Shown: positions 1 through 12,790 of the stretch, piece after piece | Layout of the letters: every line of letters begins with the position of its first letter | Numbering within the stretch: the stretch's first letter is position 1 | Assembly (NCBI GenBank): GCA_002269645.1 | Contig: NIVC01002906.1 | Coordinates: 66,560 to 130,559 of the forward strand | DNA length: 64,000 bases | Source: Macrostomum lignano | Taxonomy: Eukaryota | Direction of reading: 5' to 3' | Position numbers and translations under genes: made by a program | The notes under the pieces: model-generated | Databases searched by the model: none | What the model was told of the DNA's origin: nothing | What the model saw: the letters and a program-made list of their open reading frames with translations, nothing else

Positions 1-132
1 TCCAGGAACAATAAATCTTAAATTTTTCCACCCAGACAGGACAACAGAAGGACATAGCATTATTGTACAGTATACAGTCCAGTTACCGAGTCGAATTTAG
101 ATCAGTACAATACAACAGTAGTAGACCTAGCG

Positions 133-3100
133 ATGGCACAAGCGCATATTTCAAAGTCACAATCAAGTGTGCCATATCAGCAACAACAGTCTCTTCCGAT
201 GTTGTCTGGTTATGAATCCAGGCAAATTAGCTATCCGAGCGCAACTGGCAGTTTTGGCGCTCCAGTTGGCTATCCAGGGCAGGGAATGTCAGTTCGTGGC
301 TCAGTAAATCCGTATGCCAGTGGGCAATTCATTCCCAATCAAAATTCAACAATGGGAGGTCGAACTGGCTCGCGAAGCAATCTGGCTCGCCAGTCAAGAA
401 GCCTCGGTGCATCGAAGGCTTCCGTAGTCAGTGAGAGAGGCGGAAAGACCAACATTCGTAGAGAGTATCAAGACAAGAAGTTACGACGAAACTTGCAGTC
501 GCCAATGTACGGCAAAGGTCGAACTCCATTTTTCATTGCTGTTGCACTGTTTGTGCTTGGTAGCGTTTTAATTCTTCTTGGAGTTGTTGTGCTGCTTCTT
601 CGTTTTCACAACAACATCATGCTCTCTATTGACAAAGGCGAAATTATTGGACCTCTATTGATTTCTTTGGGAATTGCTTCATTGGCTGGTGGAATCAAGT
701 TTTTATATGATGCCTATGTAATTAGCAACAATGAGAGAAATAGAATCAAAGTAAGTTTTGCATTCACTTTTATTCATATATACATTGTAAATTAGTAAAT
801 ATGTTTGGATTACAATCACTGAACATATATTTAGAATTAGAAATCAAAATATAGTTTGGCCATTAAACTAAAATTAAACTAATTAAACTAAAAGCTTATA
901 AAGTTATTTTTCATTGAATGCTTTAAATATTATTTTTTGATTAGGCCTAGTATACCAATAAATTTATTGTTTAGACTTAGTTTATATATTACATTTTCTA
1001 GAAATTAGTAGGCCTATTATAGCTTAGAATAATGTCTAGTAGCCTTTTAAATATTATAATCTAGAACTTACATGTGCAACCCCCTGATTTACAATGGCCA
1101 TGCAACTTATTTTTTGACCAAATTCCCTATGAAAAAACCCTATAGCATAAATATTACCATTTTGGGTAAATGGCAAGAGTAACTATGACTGTCTTATATT
1201 AAAGCTAAATGCCTTATCATCTAATTAGTATTATGTCTATTATTTTGGGTTGCCATTTTTTGTAGCTTACCCCTGGTCCACCAACATTTTCAATGGCAAG
1301 ATTGGCCAGGTTAGCCAGTAGTTGCGCTTATATGATCTAGACTATAGCTAGGGTACATCATACATGCGCAACAGTCGGCCGAGTCGGCCGATCTGGCCAA
1401 CCGATTTGGCGGCCAACCAAAGTAAGTCGCAAAAATGCCCACCCAAATAAATACCGAAGTAGTACTAAGTAGCTGACGAGGCATTTTGCCCTAAAAATAC
1501 AGTCATAGTTACTCCAGCCGTTTACCCAAAGTTGCGTTAATTTTGCTTTAGGGTTTCTTTTACATGTAAGTTGCATTTTTGACCAAAAACGATGTCGCAT
1601 TTTTGTTAAAACTAAGTCACATGGCCGAACAAATTTTGGAAGTTGCGCATGTATGGGGTACATGATACAAGATGGCCACAGATCTAAATGTCTAAATTAA
1701 AATAAAAAATAATCAGTATAGGTCTATATATTTCACTCATTTCTATTTCCCTATTGGTAATAATTAGGAAGATATATGCTAAAATGGAATTATATTATAT
1801 TATAATCATTCTCTTTGTTTTTAGGCCTAGCTTTTATTGTAGCTTGACCTATAGATGTTTATTTACTAAATAAAGCAAGTAGCCAAGCATAAAATAAATA
1901 CCTTGTTGTATATTTAACTCATTTTTGCATTGCATTATTATTAGCAATGGTTTCTTAATAAACTGATAGTGATATGTTTGATATATATGGCCTTATGGGA
2001 ATAAATTGGCATAAACACTAAAAAGATTAAAAAAATTTATTATGAATAATTTGTTTCAAATCTATTATTGTATCAATATTTATAAATATGATTGATTCAA
2101 AAAAAATACTTCATGATAATAAAACAATAGCTATTAAGTTGCTAATTATTGTTAGAGAAAAAGCAGATATAATAGAGATTTAATGTTGTGGCTATGGCCA
2201 TGGCCATCTTGGTCTTACACCATAGCTAGGCCTATATTTTAAGTATTAGAATACTTCCCAATCTTGGTAATCTAGCTTAAGAATCCATACTTTTATCTAA
2301 TAAAACAAAGTATATTTTTATGTTTAAAATAAAATCATGTTGAAGCAATTTATGCGAAACTTTATTTTGGATATTATAAAGCAATTCAATGCATTTTCGA
2401 CTTGGTTAAAACAAGAACACTTAGTAAAAGTTTCAATATAGGGCCTAGTCAATCAAGGTAGATACCTTATTAAACAATTTGCTTGGCATAACTATAGCAC
2501 TTCTATAATTTTAGAATTTTAGCATAAGAAACTTATAGATACAGATATAATACTAATATTAAATGATGAGGCATTTAGCCTTAATAGTATAGGCATAGTT
2601 ACTGTTGCCATTTACCCAAAATTAGGTTAATTTTTCTTAGGTTTCTTTTATAACTAGTAGGTTAGCAGCATTTTTGGTCAAAAAAGAAAGTTAACATAGC
2701 CAGTGTAAATCAGGGGGTGTGCATATATATGCACTTGTATGATCTACTTGGTAATGATTTTGCTTTTTATCATCAATTGATTATGATTGTATAAGATGAT
2801 ATGCACCAACCCAGTAGACATAGCTGATTTCTTATCTAGCAAAGTTCTCTTCAGTGGCAGCTTACCTAAAGTGGCTCTAAAGTGGTCTTTAATAAGGTCT
2901 CTAAAGGTCTAAAGTGGCTCATCTTCCAGAAACTGCCATCTGTTTTTCACTACTAGATTATAAAACATTGATGTAAAGATTTTCTGTGAGATATTTGCAT
3001 TCACTCAGATTTAATTTGATAATAGTCAATAATATCCTAGAAAAATATTTATGTCTATCTTTTATATGAGATTAAGCATGCCTTTTTGGGAGCTATTTTC

Positions 3101-3784
3101 ATAAATCCTGCAAATATCATGTTTAATATTTCTACAAAAAATTGTCATATGACTGCTTTTTGCTAACAATAGATGGGTCCAAAATAATAGTTAGTTAAAA
3201 AACCATATTTAGTTTCCATGTTTTACTTGCTGTACTGTCTTTTAGTTTTGAATTGACTACCTAAATAAACTCTAATATGTTTCAAATTTTATTGAAATTG
3301 TTTTTAGTTTACTTCGGCCAGCGATTCCCTCATTCAAGCAACAACCAACAGGGCTGGGCCAGTTAAAGCTCCGCCAACGTGAGTGACTTAGTGGCATTTT
3401 TGTGTTATTTAACTGCCTCTCTGCTCTCACCCAGTGTCCTTGAATCCGCCTCTTCGCTCCTCACCCAGTGCCCTTGAATCCGCCTCTCCGCTCCTCACCC
3501 AGTATCCTTGAATCCGCCTCTCCGCTCCTCACCCAGTGTCCTTGAATCCGCCTCTCCACTCCTCACTCAGTGTCCTTGAATCCGCCTCTCCACTCCTCAC
3601 TCAGTATCGCCTACTTATAGTAGACTGGTGTATAAAAGTGTATTAATTTTGAATTGTAAAAATATTTATACGATCTACGAAAACGAAACAAAAAACCAGG
3701 GAGATGCTGATGAGCGGCACCGTGTCAGCCAATGCCGTGAGCCGGACACCGCACGGATCCATGGGCTCATTGAACAAGGTGTGA
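133..3784 (+). CDS. Three-exon gene for a small two-transmembrane protein with Ser/Gly/Gln-rich N-terminus; exons 133-750, 3308-3378, 3700-3784
   Basis: The ORF 133.. has two hydrophobic helices (FFIAVALFVLGSVLILLGVVVLLL; IIGPLLISLGIASLAGGIKFLY) and a GTAAGT donor at 751. Exon 2 follows TTTTTAG (phase 0, FTSASDSLIQ...) and ends at GTGAGT 3379 (phase 2). Exon 3 after CCAG 3699 restores the frame (TEMLMSGTV...NKV*). Family not recognised. Confidence 0.7.
1359..1655. mobile_element. Small MITE-like element with 14-bp perfect terminal inverted repeat; diverged relatives at about 1070-1185 and 2590-2725
   Basis: CATACATGCGCAAC (1359-1372) is the exact reverse complement of GTTGCGCATGTATG (1642-1655). 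The internal motif AGTCATAGTTAC...TTTACCCAAA and the TTTTTGACCAAAA motif recur in the two other copies. No TSD resolved. Confidence 0.5.
3426..3606. repeat. 34-bp minisatellite, about 5.3 copies, in intron 2 of the two-TM gene
   Basis: Unit CTCACCCAGTGTCCTTGAATCCGCCTCTCCGCTC starts at 3426, 3460, 3494, 3528, 3562 and 3596. Confidence 0.9.
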
Positions 3785-4723
3785 ATTTCAAGTTTTCAAC
3801 AGTCATAACTATTCGGTTAACTCTGTTGTGTTTTTTATGAACTCTACTAAAAGTAGGAAGGCTAGGACATTTCTCTACGCACAAATACTCAAGTAACGAA
3901 GCAGACAAACTGTGTTGATATTTCCCATAAATTCAAGAAATCGAGTACAAGAATATCCTATTCTTCACGGGCGAATAGTCCTTTTTGTGTTTGTGTTGTG
4001 AAATAATTTTCCTATGATCAAAATTATCGATTAAAAATAGTCTGTTTTAAAAGTTTCTTTGTCGAATTTTATCTCTTTTTACACATTGAATCTTATTTAA
4101 AGTTTTAAAGTGCGTAAATATTATTGAATTTAGTTTAGTGATTTTATGTTGCAATTTTTAACAAATCACATTCCTGATTAGTTTTTTGTTATTGTAAAGA
4201 ACATTCCATTCAATATTAACTGTTGTATTCTATAGTATATATGCCAATATGCCGCATGTTTTTAGTCAGTGCACTTTTAACAGTTGCTTTTAATTGAAAA
4301 GTCTAAACGCAATATAGAACAGCTTTTTTAAATCGGCGCGTTTTTTGTTATAATCTTTTGTTTTAAAAATTCTGCTGTTTGTTGTTGACTGAATCTTTTA
4401 TAAAAAGTCTCATATTTAATTTGTTTTTTTCACTATAAATATCGAGTGCAATTCCTGTTTAGCCATGATGCAATACATTGTTTTATTCACAGATATTAAA
4501 GTACACCGGCTTGTTGCACTTTTATCGGCTCTTGATGTGTCACTGAAAAAACTTGAATTTTACTTAGTTTTTTATTTCTTACCCTTGGCTAGATAAAAAA
4601 CGACTGATTTGCTCTATGTGCTACTGGTCAGCCAGATTGTGAGTAGTATGTCGCGGGAGAAAAGAATCCTACAGCTTGAAGGCTGCCAATGCTGATTAAG
4701 AGAGCCCTAAACTACCTGTCCTG

Positions 4724-4778
4724 GCCGGTAGGGTGCCTGCAGCATCAGCAGCACCTCCTGCACCGGCTCTGAGCAGTA
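4724..4778 (-). mobile_element. Short 3' fragment of the RTE LINE family also present at 8576-9607
   Basis: GCCGGTAGGGTGCCTGCAGCATCAGCAGCACCTCCTGCACCGGCT nearly matches 8757-8812. Confidence 0.7.
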
Positions 4779-6239
4779 GTCCGTCAGCTTCCAGGTTGTA
4801 TTAAGTACTACATGTACTTCAAATCAGGCAGATTTTGCTGGGGAGGCCGGTTTTCGCTCCAAAATGTTTTATTGAGATAAGACGATTTCATATTTTTAGC
4901 ATTGAATTCACACAACATCTCTTCACCTGCTGGACATCTTTCTGACCTTAAGATTAGTATCATGGACAACTAGAGTAGAGTACAACAAGTTTCTACTCTA
5001 GTTGTCCATGATTAGCATTTTTACAAAACACTGAATGAAGTTTTGCCATGAACATACATGTATTCAGTCAAGAAATATCAGTGTTTAAAATATGTTTGTG
5101 GCCAGTCGGTACTCTATGACAAAAATTATTTCCCCTTTAGGAGAATTTACAGTTTAATGCTCCTGATATCATTAAATGGTCGATTTTATCCTCAAAAGTG
5201 ACTGCATATACTGATAGAATTAAGTAATTACCTTTAAATGCAGCCTCGGACAAATAGGAAAAAGTGACATTTCGTCAGAACTTTGCTTGCTTGTCGTTCT
5301 CTTCGGGTACTCGTAGCATTTCATGGAAAAGAGTTTGTTAAAATTGCAGACGCACTGTGGAAGTTCAGAAGTTGAGATATTGTGAATTTAATGTTAAGAA
5401 ACCTCTTTTTACCCTTAACCTTCAAAAATGACCCCCCAAACAGCCTCTTAATTACAATCCTCCTTGCGTCGACCCGCCCCTGGATGTTGAACTTGCGTCA
5501 CCGAGACTGCACTCGCGTCCTTCCTAATGTCATCTCTAACAGCGATCGAGCTGAAGCCCACCGTGCACTACAGACGTGTCAAGCGCACCTGAGCATTATT
5601 TAATCAATGCAGTATAATCCTCTTTCTGCGAGTGAAATCTTCGCCAATTGCTTGCCACACTCAAATCGGTCAAGTGAACCGGCATAATTAAAGTACACCT
5701 TGATAACAGTTTGGAATCGCCGGCTGTTGCCCCCGACGCAACGGTGGGCGGAGAGGCCACTTGAGCGCAGCCGGGGGTCCTCTCGGAGGCCCAATCCAGT
5801 CTGCATGGGCTCAGCCATTACGAGAGCGGATGAAGCGATCGAGGTCCAGGGGCGTAAGTGCCAGATTTCGACGCTGAGCCAGGCCGGGTTTGCACCTGCG
5901 GTCCTCTTCTAGTAGTAGGAACGAGCCGAACCCAGGGACACTTTGATGAAGAATTTGGATTGCGTCATTTCTCAGTTCAGACAGTTTTTACTAACTTTAT
6001 CTGCACAAACTTCTAAACTTTATTAAAAACTGTTGGAAAGTCAAAGTGCCGCTGTACTGGCGCCTTATACGAGTCAGCGAAATGGGCAGAATTGCCTCCT
6101 GGCTGCTTGTGGGATCGACTATGTCGCCAAAGGCGTTGCACCAGGGTGCCCACCCGCAGCCTCCCGCAGTTATTAAATATTGTAATTGAATAATTTATTA
6201 ATTTACTTTAATTTAATTTAATAATAATATTGTAATTTA

Positions 6240-6503
6240 GTTCTAATCTAGTCTAATCTAGCTCTAATCTAATCTAGTCTAGTTCTAATCTAGTCTAATC
6301 TAGCTCTAATCTAATCTAGTCTAGTTCTAATCTAGTCTAATCTAGCTCTAATCTAATCTAGTCTAGTTCTAATCTAGTGTAGTCTAGTTCTAATTTAGCA
6401 TAGTCTAGTCTAGTTCTAATCTAGTTCTAATCCAGTCTAGTATAGTCTAGTCTAGTTCTAATCCAGTCTAGTATAGTCTAGTCTAGTTCTAATCTAGTCT
6501 AGT
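6240..6503. repeat. Degenerate (TCTAG/TCTAA)n pentamer microsatellite
   Basis: Direct reading of the sequence. Confidence 0.9.
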
Positions 6504-6879
6504 AAAGTCTGCAGACTGGATTTGATTTGAACTTCCGACTGGAAAGTCCGGCTGGCAAACCTCGGCGGGAAAACTTCCTGTGGGAAATTCTCGTGCTCCC
6601 GAGCGGTAAATCGCCTCTCTTTTGGGTGCAGAAACGAAAAAGCTGCAGTCGGTTTATCGGCAACAGAAATTCGACGCAGGCCGACGTATCACGTCGATAT
6701 CCATCGGTGTAATGAAAAGATATCCATTTCTGCTTGAGAAGGTGGCATCGCTGAGCAGGGGTTCCATGATTTTCTACCCCGGTACTCTGAACCATTAGTT
6801 CGTATAAAGTTAGTTCGATCAGAGTATATCACTGGGTCGTAATAACTGACAACTGCTTTATGCACCTGCGGACAGTCAC

Positions 6880-7577
6880 CAAGGACGACTTAAGTAGAAG
6901 GACGGGAAACCTCGTTTCTTAGAAATTTTTTGAAGCCACTTTTTCCCGAAAAAATACACTGCGGAGATAGGAAATTTTCATTTTTTCAGCACAAAAATTG
7001 CTATAACTTTTGATAGGAGGCAGATCCAGTGTTGATCTTTTGATATGTTGTGCCTTTTTTATTGCTCTATCGATATTTATAAAGCTTTCCGTTCAGAAAA
7101 TTAGGATTCTATGTTAATTTTTAATTCTACGTATATTTTCATGTGTCTTGTGCTTGAAATACATTAGAATGCCACGGCTTGGCTCTTTGATTTTATGAGT
7201 CTATTTTATCCTTCTTACCTGACTGTATAGCAAATAGTCGTAACATAGATGATAAAATAAATTCATAAAACTAAATATTAGAGCTGTGTTATGCATTTTT
7301 GTGATTTTTAGATACAGGAAATATACGTAGAATAAAAAATTAACATAGAATCCTAATTTTCTGAACGGAAAGCTTTATAAATATCGATAGAGCAATAAAA
7401 AAGGCACAACATATCAAAAGATCAACACTGGATCTGCCTCCTATCAAAAGTTATAGCAATTTTTGTGCTGAAAAAATGAAAATTTCCTATCTCCGCAGTG
7501 TATTTTTTCGGGAAAAAGTGCCTTCAAAAATTTTCTAAGAAACGAGGTTTCCCGTCCTTCTACTTAAGTCGTCCTTG
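6880..7577. mobile_element. 698-bp MITE with about 255-bp TIRs and 8-bp TSD ACAGTCAC (hAT or P superfamily)
   Basis: CAAGGACGACTTAAGTAGAAGGACGGGAAACC at 6880 is mirrored by ...CCTTCTACTTAAGTCGTCCTTG ending 7577. ACAGTCAC lies at 6872-6879 and 7578-7585. CAAGG termini with an 8-bp TSD fit both hAT and P elements. Confidence 0.9.
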
Positions 7578-8574
7578 ACAGTCACTTTATGGGCCTGATT
7601 CACAGTTGACGCCCCAGACTCCGCTTCAGGGTCTCCTTGGCCGAACCACCCCCTGTGGAGCGAGGGGTGCAATCGTGTAGAGACAGAAATAGTTGAAGAA
7701 GCATCCGAACCTGGTCCCCAGCACACCCAGGAGATCAAATAATTTGAGAGCTAGGCTATAGGCAGGTTTATCCCCATCAGCTTCATCCGCCTCGGCGTCT
7801 GGCGGCTCATCAATTTTTTCTGACACGACACTTTACTGCGCCCTCCGGCTGAAATCCCCGCTCACCCCGAGGGATTCGAACAAAAGGGGGCAGGTCAATG
7901 ATGATCCACGATTGGCAACACCGCATAGAATTGGGAGGAGATCAGGCTAATCCACCTGTAATCCCCTCACGGGTCCTCGACGCGTTCCGATCTTCTCTCA
8001 ACCGATTGCTCAATTGACGATGGCGGAGGGTGAAACGCCATTGCGGTCTGGCCGGCTGCCAAATCAGCCAATTTCACGGGCTTGCGGGTTCTAATTTTCG
8101 ACAAAATTGAGACAATCAACAGATGCGGATTAGCGAAAGAATTTAGGATTATTTATATGTGGAGGGGAAAGAGTGGCTGGAAAAAAATTATGGTGATGAC
8201 CCGGTCATCTTTCCAGAAATTACGCTTGTGTACGTGATTTAAGAGAGACTTAACCACCATTAAATGCAGCCTCGGACAATATTAACCACATTAAGCTCAC
8301 TTTAAGTTATTACGATGGCACGGAATGATGTGACAGCTCGTATCAATCTGACGAACTGCATGGGTTTCCGCTGTCTATGGCATTTGGAATGGCCAATGGA
8401 ATGGAGGGGGGGGGTACCAGGATACCAAAAGTCGAAAAAGAGCAAAAACAAAAACAGTAATCCATTATTTTCTTTCCTCCATGAGTATACCACAGAGTTC
8501 TGCTAGTTCCTGTTTAAACCTTCCTTTAAATCCACAAATAGATTTAAATCCTGTTTAAATCCACAAATCTACGA

Positions 8575-8575
<1 letters not shown>

Positions 8576-8624
<49 letters not shown>

Positions 8625-9607
8625 GAATACGCAGTTAGCGTCACAGGGCGCGCTTCAAGGCCAGGTCGCGAATGAACGCCACGCCGCCGGCCGAATCCGG
8701 GACGCCGGCGTCAGCCAGCAGGCAGTCGACGAAACGCCGAGTGCGCGCCTGCCCCTGCCGGTAGGTGCCTGCAGCGTCAGCAGCAGCACCTCCTGCACCG
8801 GCTGTGGGCAGTACGACTCGGCGCGGATGATGCGGTCTGCCAGCTGGAGTCGCCGACGGCGCAAAAGGTCGCTTGGACGGACCAGGCCTTTGCGGCGATA
8901 CAAAGCCGCGTTGGTCACTCGCTCGTAGCCGATCGTGAAGGCGGCGCGCAGCAGCCCAGCGTGCGCCGCGTCAACCTGCTGCTCGAGCGACTCCGTCAGC
9001 GTCCAGGTCTCGGCGTTGTACAGCAGGACGGTCTCGGTCACCGCCTGGAACAACGCCACCCTCTGGCGGTCAGGTAAGGCCTCGGACTGCAGGACTGCCC
9101 TCACAGAACGAAAGGCAGCCCAGGCAAGCCCGCGGCGACGCCGCAAATCCTCGCGGACGCTGGGAACCAGACCGCCGAGGTAGACCAACTGCTGACAACG
9201 CGGAAGCTCTGTCGCCTTTCCATCAGCGCCTCGGCACAAAATCATAGCCTCGATGTCGTCTGGCACGCAGAGCACGACGGTCTTCTGCGTGTTGACCACC
9301 AGGCCGACGCTCGCCGCAACAGCAACTAGCTTGTCCATTTGTCGCTGGGCGCCCTCGACAGTTAAGGACAGCAGGGCGAGATCGTCGGCGTAGCCAAGCA
9401 CGCTGAGCCGCCTCTCCGGTTGACGTTGACCCACGCGTCGCCGCAACAGAAAGCCGTCGTCGTTGGTAGGAAGAGCGGTCCGCAGCACCCAGTCAAGCAC
9501 CAGAACGAACAGGAACGGCGCAAGCGTATCTCGACCAGACCAGACCGCCGAGGTAGACGAATTGCTGACAACGCGGAAGCTCTGTCGCCTTTCCATCAGC
9601 GCCTCGG
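8576..9607 (-). mobile_element. 5'-truncated RTE-clade non-LTR retrotransposon: RT domains 4-7 plus C-terminus, short 3' UTR and (GTT)n tail
   Basis: The minus ORF contains DTLAPFLF, YADD, NTQKT, YLG and LYNAETWTL (RTE-type). The (AAC)n tract at 8576-8624 is a (GTT)n 3' tail. A 1-bp deletion at about 8766 shifts the native C-terminus, which ends at TGA 8643-8641. Confidence 0.88.
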
Positions 9608-11730
9608 AAAGGAAAGCTAAAAGTGACGCCTTGCGCAGACTACTCGTAAGATTCGATTTCAATTCGGAAGAAGCATTATCCAGCGATGACTCGACGGAGA
9701 TTGAATCAGAATTGAGTCGGAAAGCATGGATTCAGAATAGCCGAATCCCGAGAGAATTGCAAGAAAAATGAGTGGTTGCTCATGCAGGCCTTCATGAGGT
9801 GCAATCAGACACTCGGACCTCGGGAACAAAGGCCGGCTACCTTCAGGACACAAGCATTCCTGCCGCTTCCACTGATGTTCGCAGAGTTCGTCGCAGTGGT
9901 CAAGTTGAACAAATTCCGACTTGATGCATCCTTGATGTAAGCACATGTCAAAGCCTGATTTAAGCATGCTTGACCGCCGGCCCAGCTGTACATGCCGCTA
10001 ATTACCGTTGTTAATCCCCGGATTAAATGCTCGTTAACCGACCAAAGAAAGCTGCACAGAATTTCTTTTTTTTTTCAAGACCCCACAGTCAGAACAATTT
10101 TGTCATTTTGCGAAAAAAGTTGGCCTCCCCCCCTCCCTACTCGAGTCCCCGACTTTGAGTACTGCCGCTGAGCCGCGCAGCGGAAACCGAGTTCCCCTGC
10201 TCCGGCCGAGCAAAGAGCGGAAGCTGGGAAAATGGTTAGATGAAGATGGGGCCGCCGCTCGCATCATTGAGCATAATTGGCCGGAGAGGGGATTTCAGGC
10301 TGACAGGGGGGGGGGGGTGCGCAGGTGAGGCGCTGCCCTCTCGCCCGTCAGCCCGGGCCTAATTGCAGCAGATCATGCCCCATAGTTGCGGCCTTAATCT
10401 GTATTATTTGAACCTAATTACCCGGAGATTATGTCACAGAATGGGATCATTAGATTATCAGGGCAGATTTCGGAGGCACTTCAAGCCAGAGCCAGATATT
10501 GGCGGGTGAGCTCCGGGATTTCCAGCTAGTTTCTCAGCTCTGAAGCTGGCTGCATCGCTTCCCCTAATTAGGGCCAATTAAAACCACCTGGCCAGGGCAT
10601 GCTCAACCCATTATGCTTACTATAACACTCCCTAGCGTGCTGCGTCACCTCAAATATAGCCTCCTTAGCGAGAGCAACAGCCCAGCTGTATAAGAGAAAT
10701 ATTCTAGGTGCTTTTCTGAATCTCCCACCCCTTCTCCTCCCTGAGCCCGATCTGCAGTCTGGGCGCGAAATCCCCCCCCCCCGCCTAGACAAATATATTC
10801 CCAGCTCAGCTCCAACAAGCCGATCAATAAGCTGCTAATGATCAGTTTTCTTTGTGTTAATTAGATGAGCGGGGGCTGCAATGATGCCTGATTCGTCCCT
10901 ATAGGCCAGATTTTCGCCCACCCCCCGACCAATTTGCCGAGCAGAAATTCGATTAGCGAGAAGGACTGGCGGTCCCCCGCCGCGCCCACGGTCTGCCCGC
11001 GGCTCCTCCAGCAGAGATCAGTTAAACAAAAAAAGAGATTCCATCAGCGCCAAGGGGCGGCAGCAGCGGCAGTTTAGCCCGAGATTAATTGCTGCTAATT
11101 TGGCATGCAGGCTGTGGGATCTGCCGGCCTCGGCCGCTTTCTCCTATGGGGCGGGGTTGGCTTGTAATTGAGTCCATCAAATCCTATTAGCGCCCGTGAT
11201 TGGCCGCTCTCGTAGCGTGCCGAGCTCCCCTCATTCTCAGCCCTCTCACTTTCTTCCCTCGTTGGCCCGGCCCTGTCAGCCAGCCGTTGATTTCTTGATT
11301 TTGAAGTTCGTTTCCAGCTAAATCGAATTTCTGTCGGCAAATTCAACAGATTTTAATGAACCGGCGCCAACAGGGGACTCAGCGTGGTTAGCCCAAATCC
11401 TCTGCTGATCTTCTGCATCAGTTTTTTTTGAATGGCCCTGCGGCAGATTGGCGGGCGAGCAAATTTCTGGGATAAATTAATCAAGGAGTAACAACAGAGA
11501 GGAACACGCAAATCCTTAATTTGTCTCGAACTTGGCGATTTCGAAGCTCTAAGAAATTAAAGAGGCAAAAAGAGGCCCGGCATGGAGTGCTGGTTAAAAG
11601 TTCCAAAAAGTTCAAAAAAACAATCGCAGCAAGCGCCAGACGAATAGATAAAATGAGGCGCCACACAAGAGCGCCACACAGAGGTGCCAAGCAAAACGCC
11701 GCCACTAGATGCCAAAAGCAAAAAAGTTGC

Positions 11731-11968
11731 GCCAGAAGCAGAGCCAGAAGCAGAGCTAGAAGCAGAGCCAGAAGCAGAGCCAGAAGCAGAGCCAGAAGCA
11801 GAGCCAGAAGCAGAGCCAGAAGCAGAGCCAGAAGCAGAGCCAGAAGCAGAGCCAGAAGCAGAGCCAGAAGCAGAGCCAGAAGCAGAGCCAGAAGCAGAGC
11901 CAGAAGCAGAGCCAGAAGCAGAGCCAGAAGCAGAGCCAGAAGCAGAGCCAGAAGCAGGGCCAGAAGCA
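11731..11968. repeat. 12-bp minisatellite (GCCAGAAGCAGA)n, about 20 copies
   Basis: Direct reading. It produces the spurious RSRA/EAEP/LLAL/CFWL ORFs. Confidence 0.95.
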
Positions 11969-12506
11969 ACGTAACACGCAAACGAATCTGTGAAGAAAAT
12001 GCTACCAATCTTAAAAATTCAAATTCGAATGTCATTCTGAATCATTTAAACAAACAAAATTATGTGATAATGATAAAATCTACATTGCATGGCATTGATT
12101 CGTCTTACTGCTTTCACACTGAGACGCCGGCCCGAAAAGACGAGCTGACAGATGCAGGAAAGAGCTGCGATTTCGGTCCATTAGCAAGACCGAGCTTTCT
12201 GGCTCGAAAATTAAGATTAAGAAGAAGTTAAGAATCACGAAAGCCCCAGCTATACATTTGATTTAAGAAGGGGGAGATTTATCCCATTTAACAAGCGATG
12301 GCGTGCGGCTAATGGGAGTTTCATTTTGGCAAAGCCTTTTGGCAAGGTGTGGGGTGGAGGGGAGACCCGGGTTAAGTGGCCAGCTTAGCTGACTAGAGGG
12401 CCTCTCAAGACTCCAATTAACTTTCACTCAGACCCACCCAGCCACTTGTAACTAACCGGCTTAAGTCTGCTCATTTTCTTGCGCTCCTGACTACAGCTCA
12501 AATCCA

Positions 12507-12677
12507 TTCTCAAATCCCATATCTAGATTCTTAAATCTCACATCTAGATTCTCAAATCTCACATCTAGATTCTCAAACCCAATATCTAGATTCTCAGATC
12601 CCATATCTAGATTCTCAGATACCATATCTAGATTCTCAGATACCATGTCTAGATTCTCAGATCCCATATCTAGATCC
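12507..12677. repeat. About 21-bp minisatellite (ATCTAGATTCTCAAATCCCAT), about 8 copies
   Basis: Direct reading. Confidence 0.85.
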
Positions 12678-12790
12678 TTCTTAGGTTTAATTTTAAAAAC
12701 TCGAACTTTCGAAGCATGAACTCGTTTTTATTATGATCTTTTCTAGATTTACCTAGCCTCTTGGGATCTCATTTAGGCCCTTGAGATCTC

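Noticed and set aside
11481-12231. RS-rich 236-aa ORF resembling an SR splicing factor or protamine, plus EAEP/LLAL/CFWL ORFs
   Set aside because: All arise from a stop-free 12-bp repeat that is open on both strands. There is no ATG context, RRM or splice evidence.
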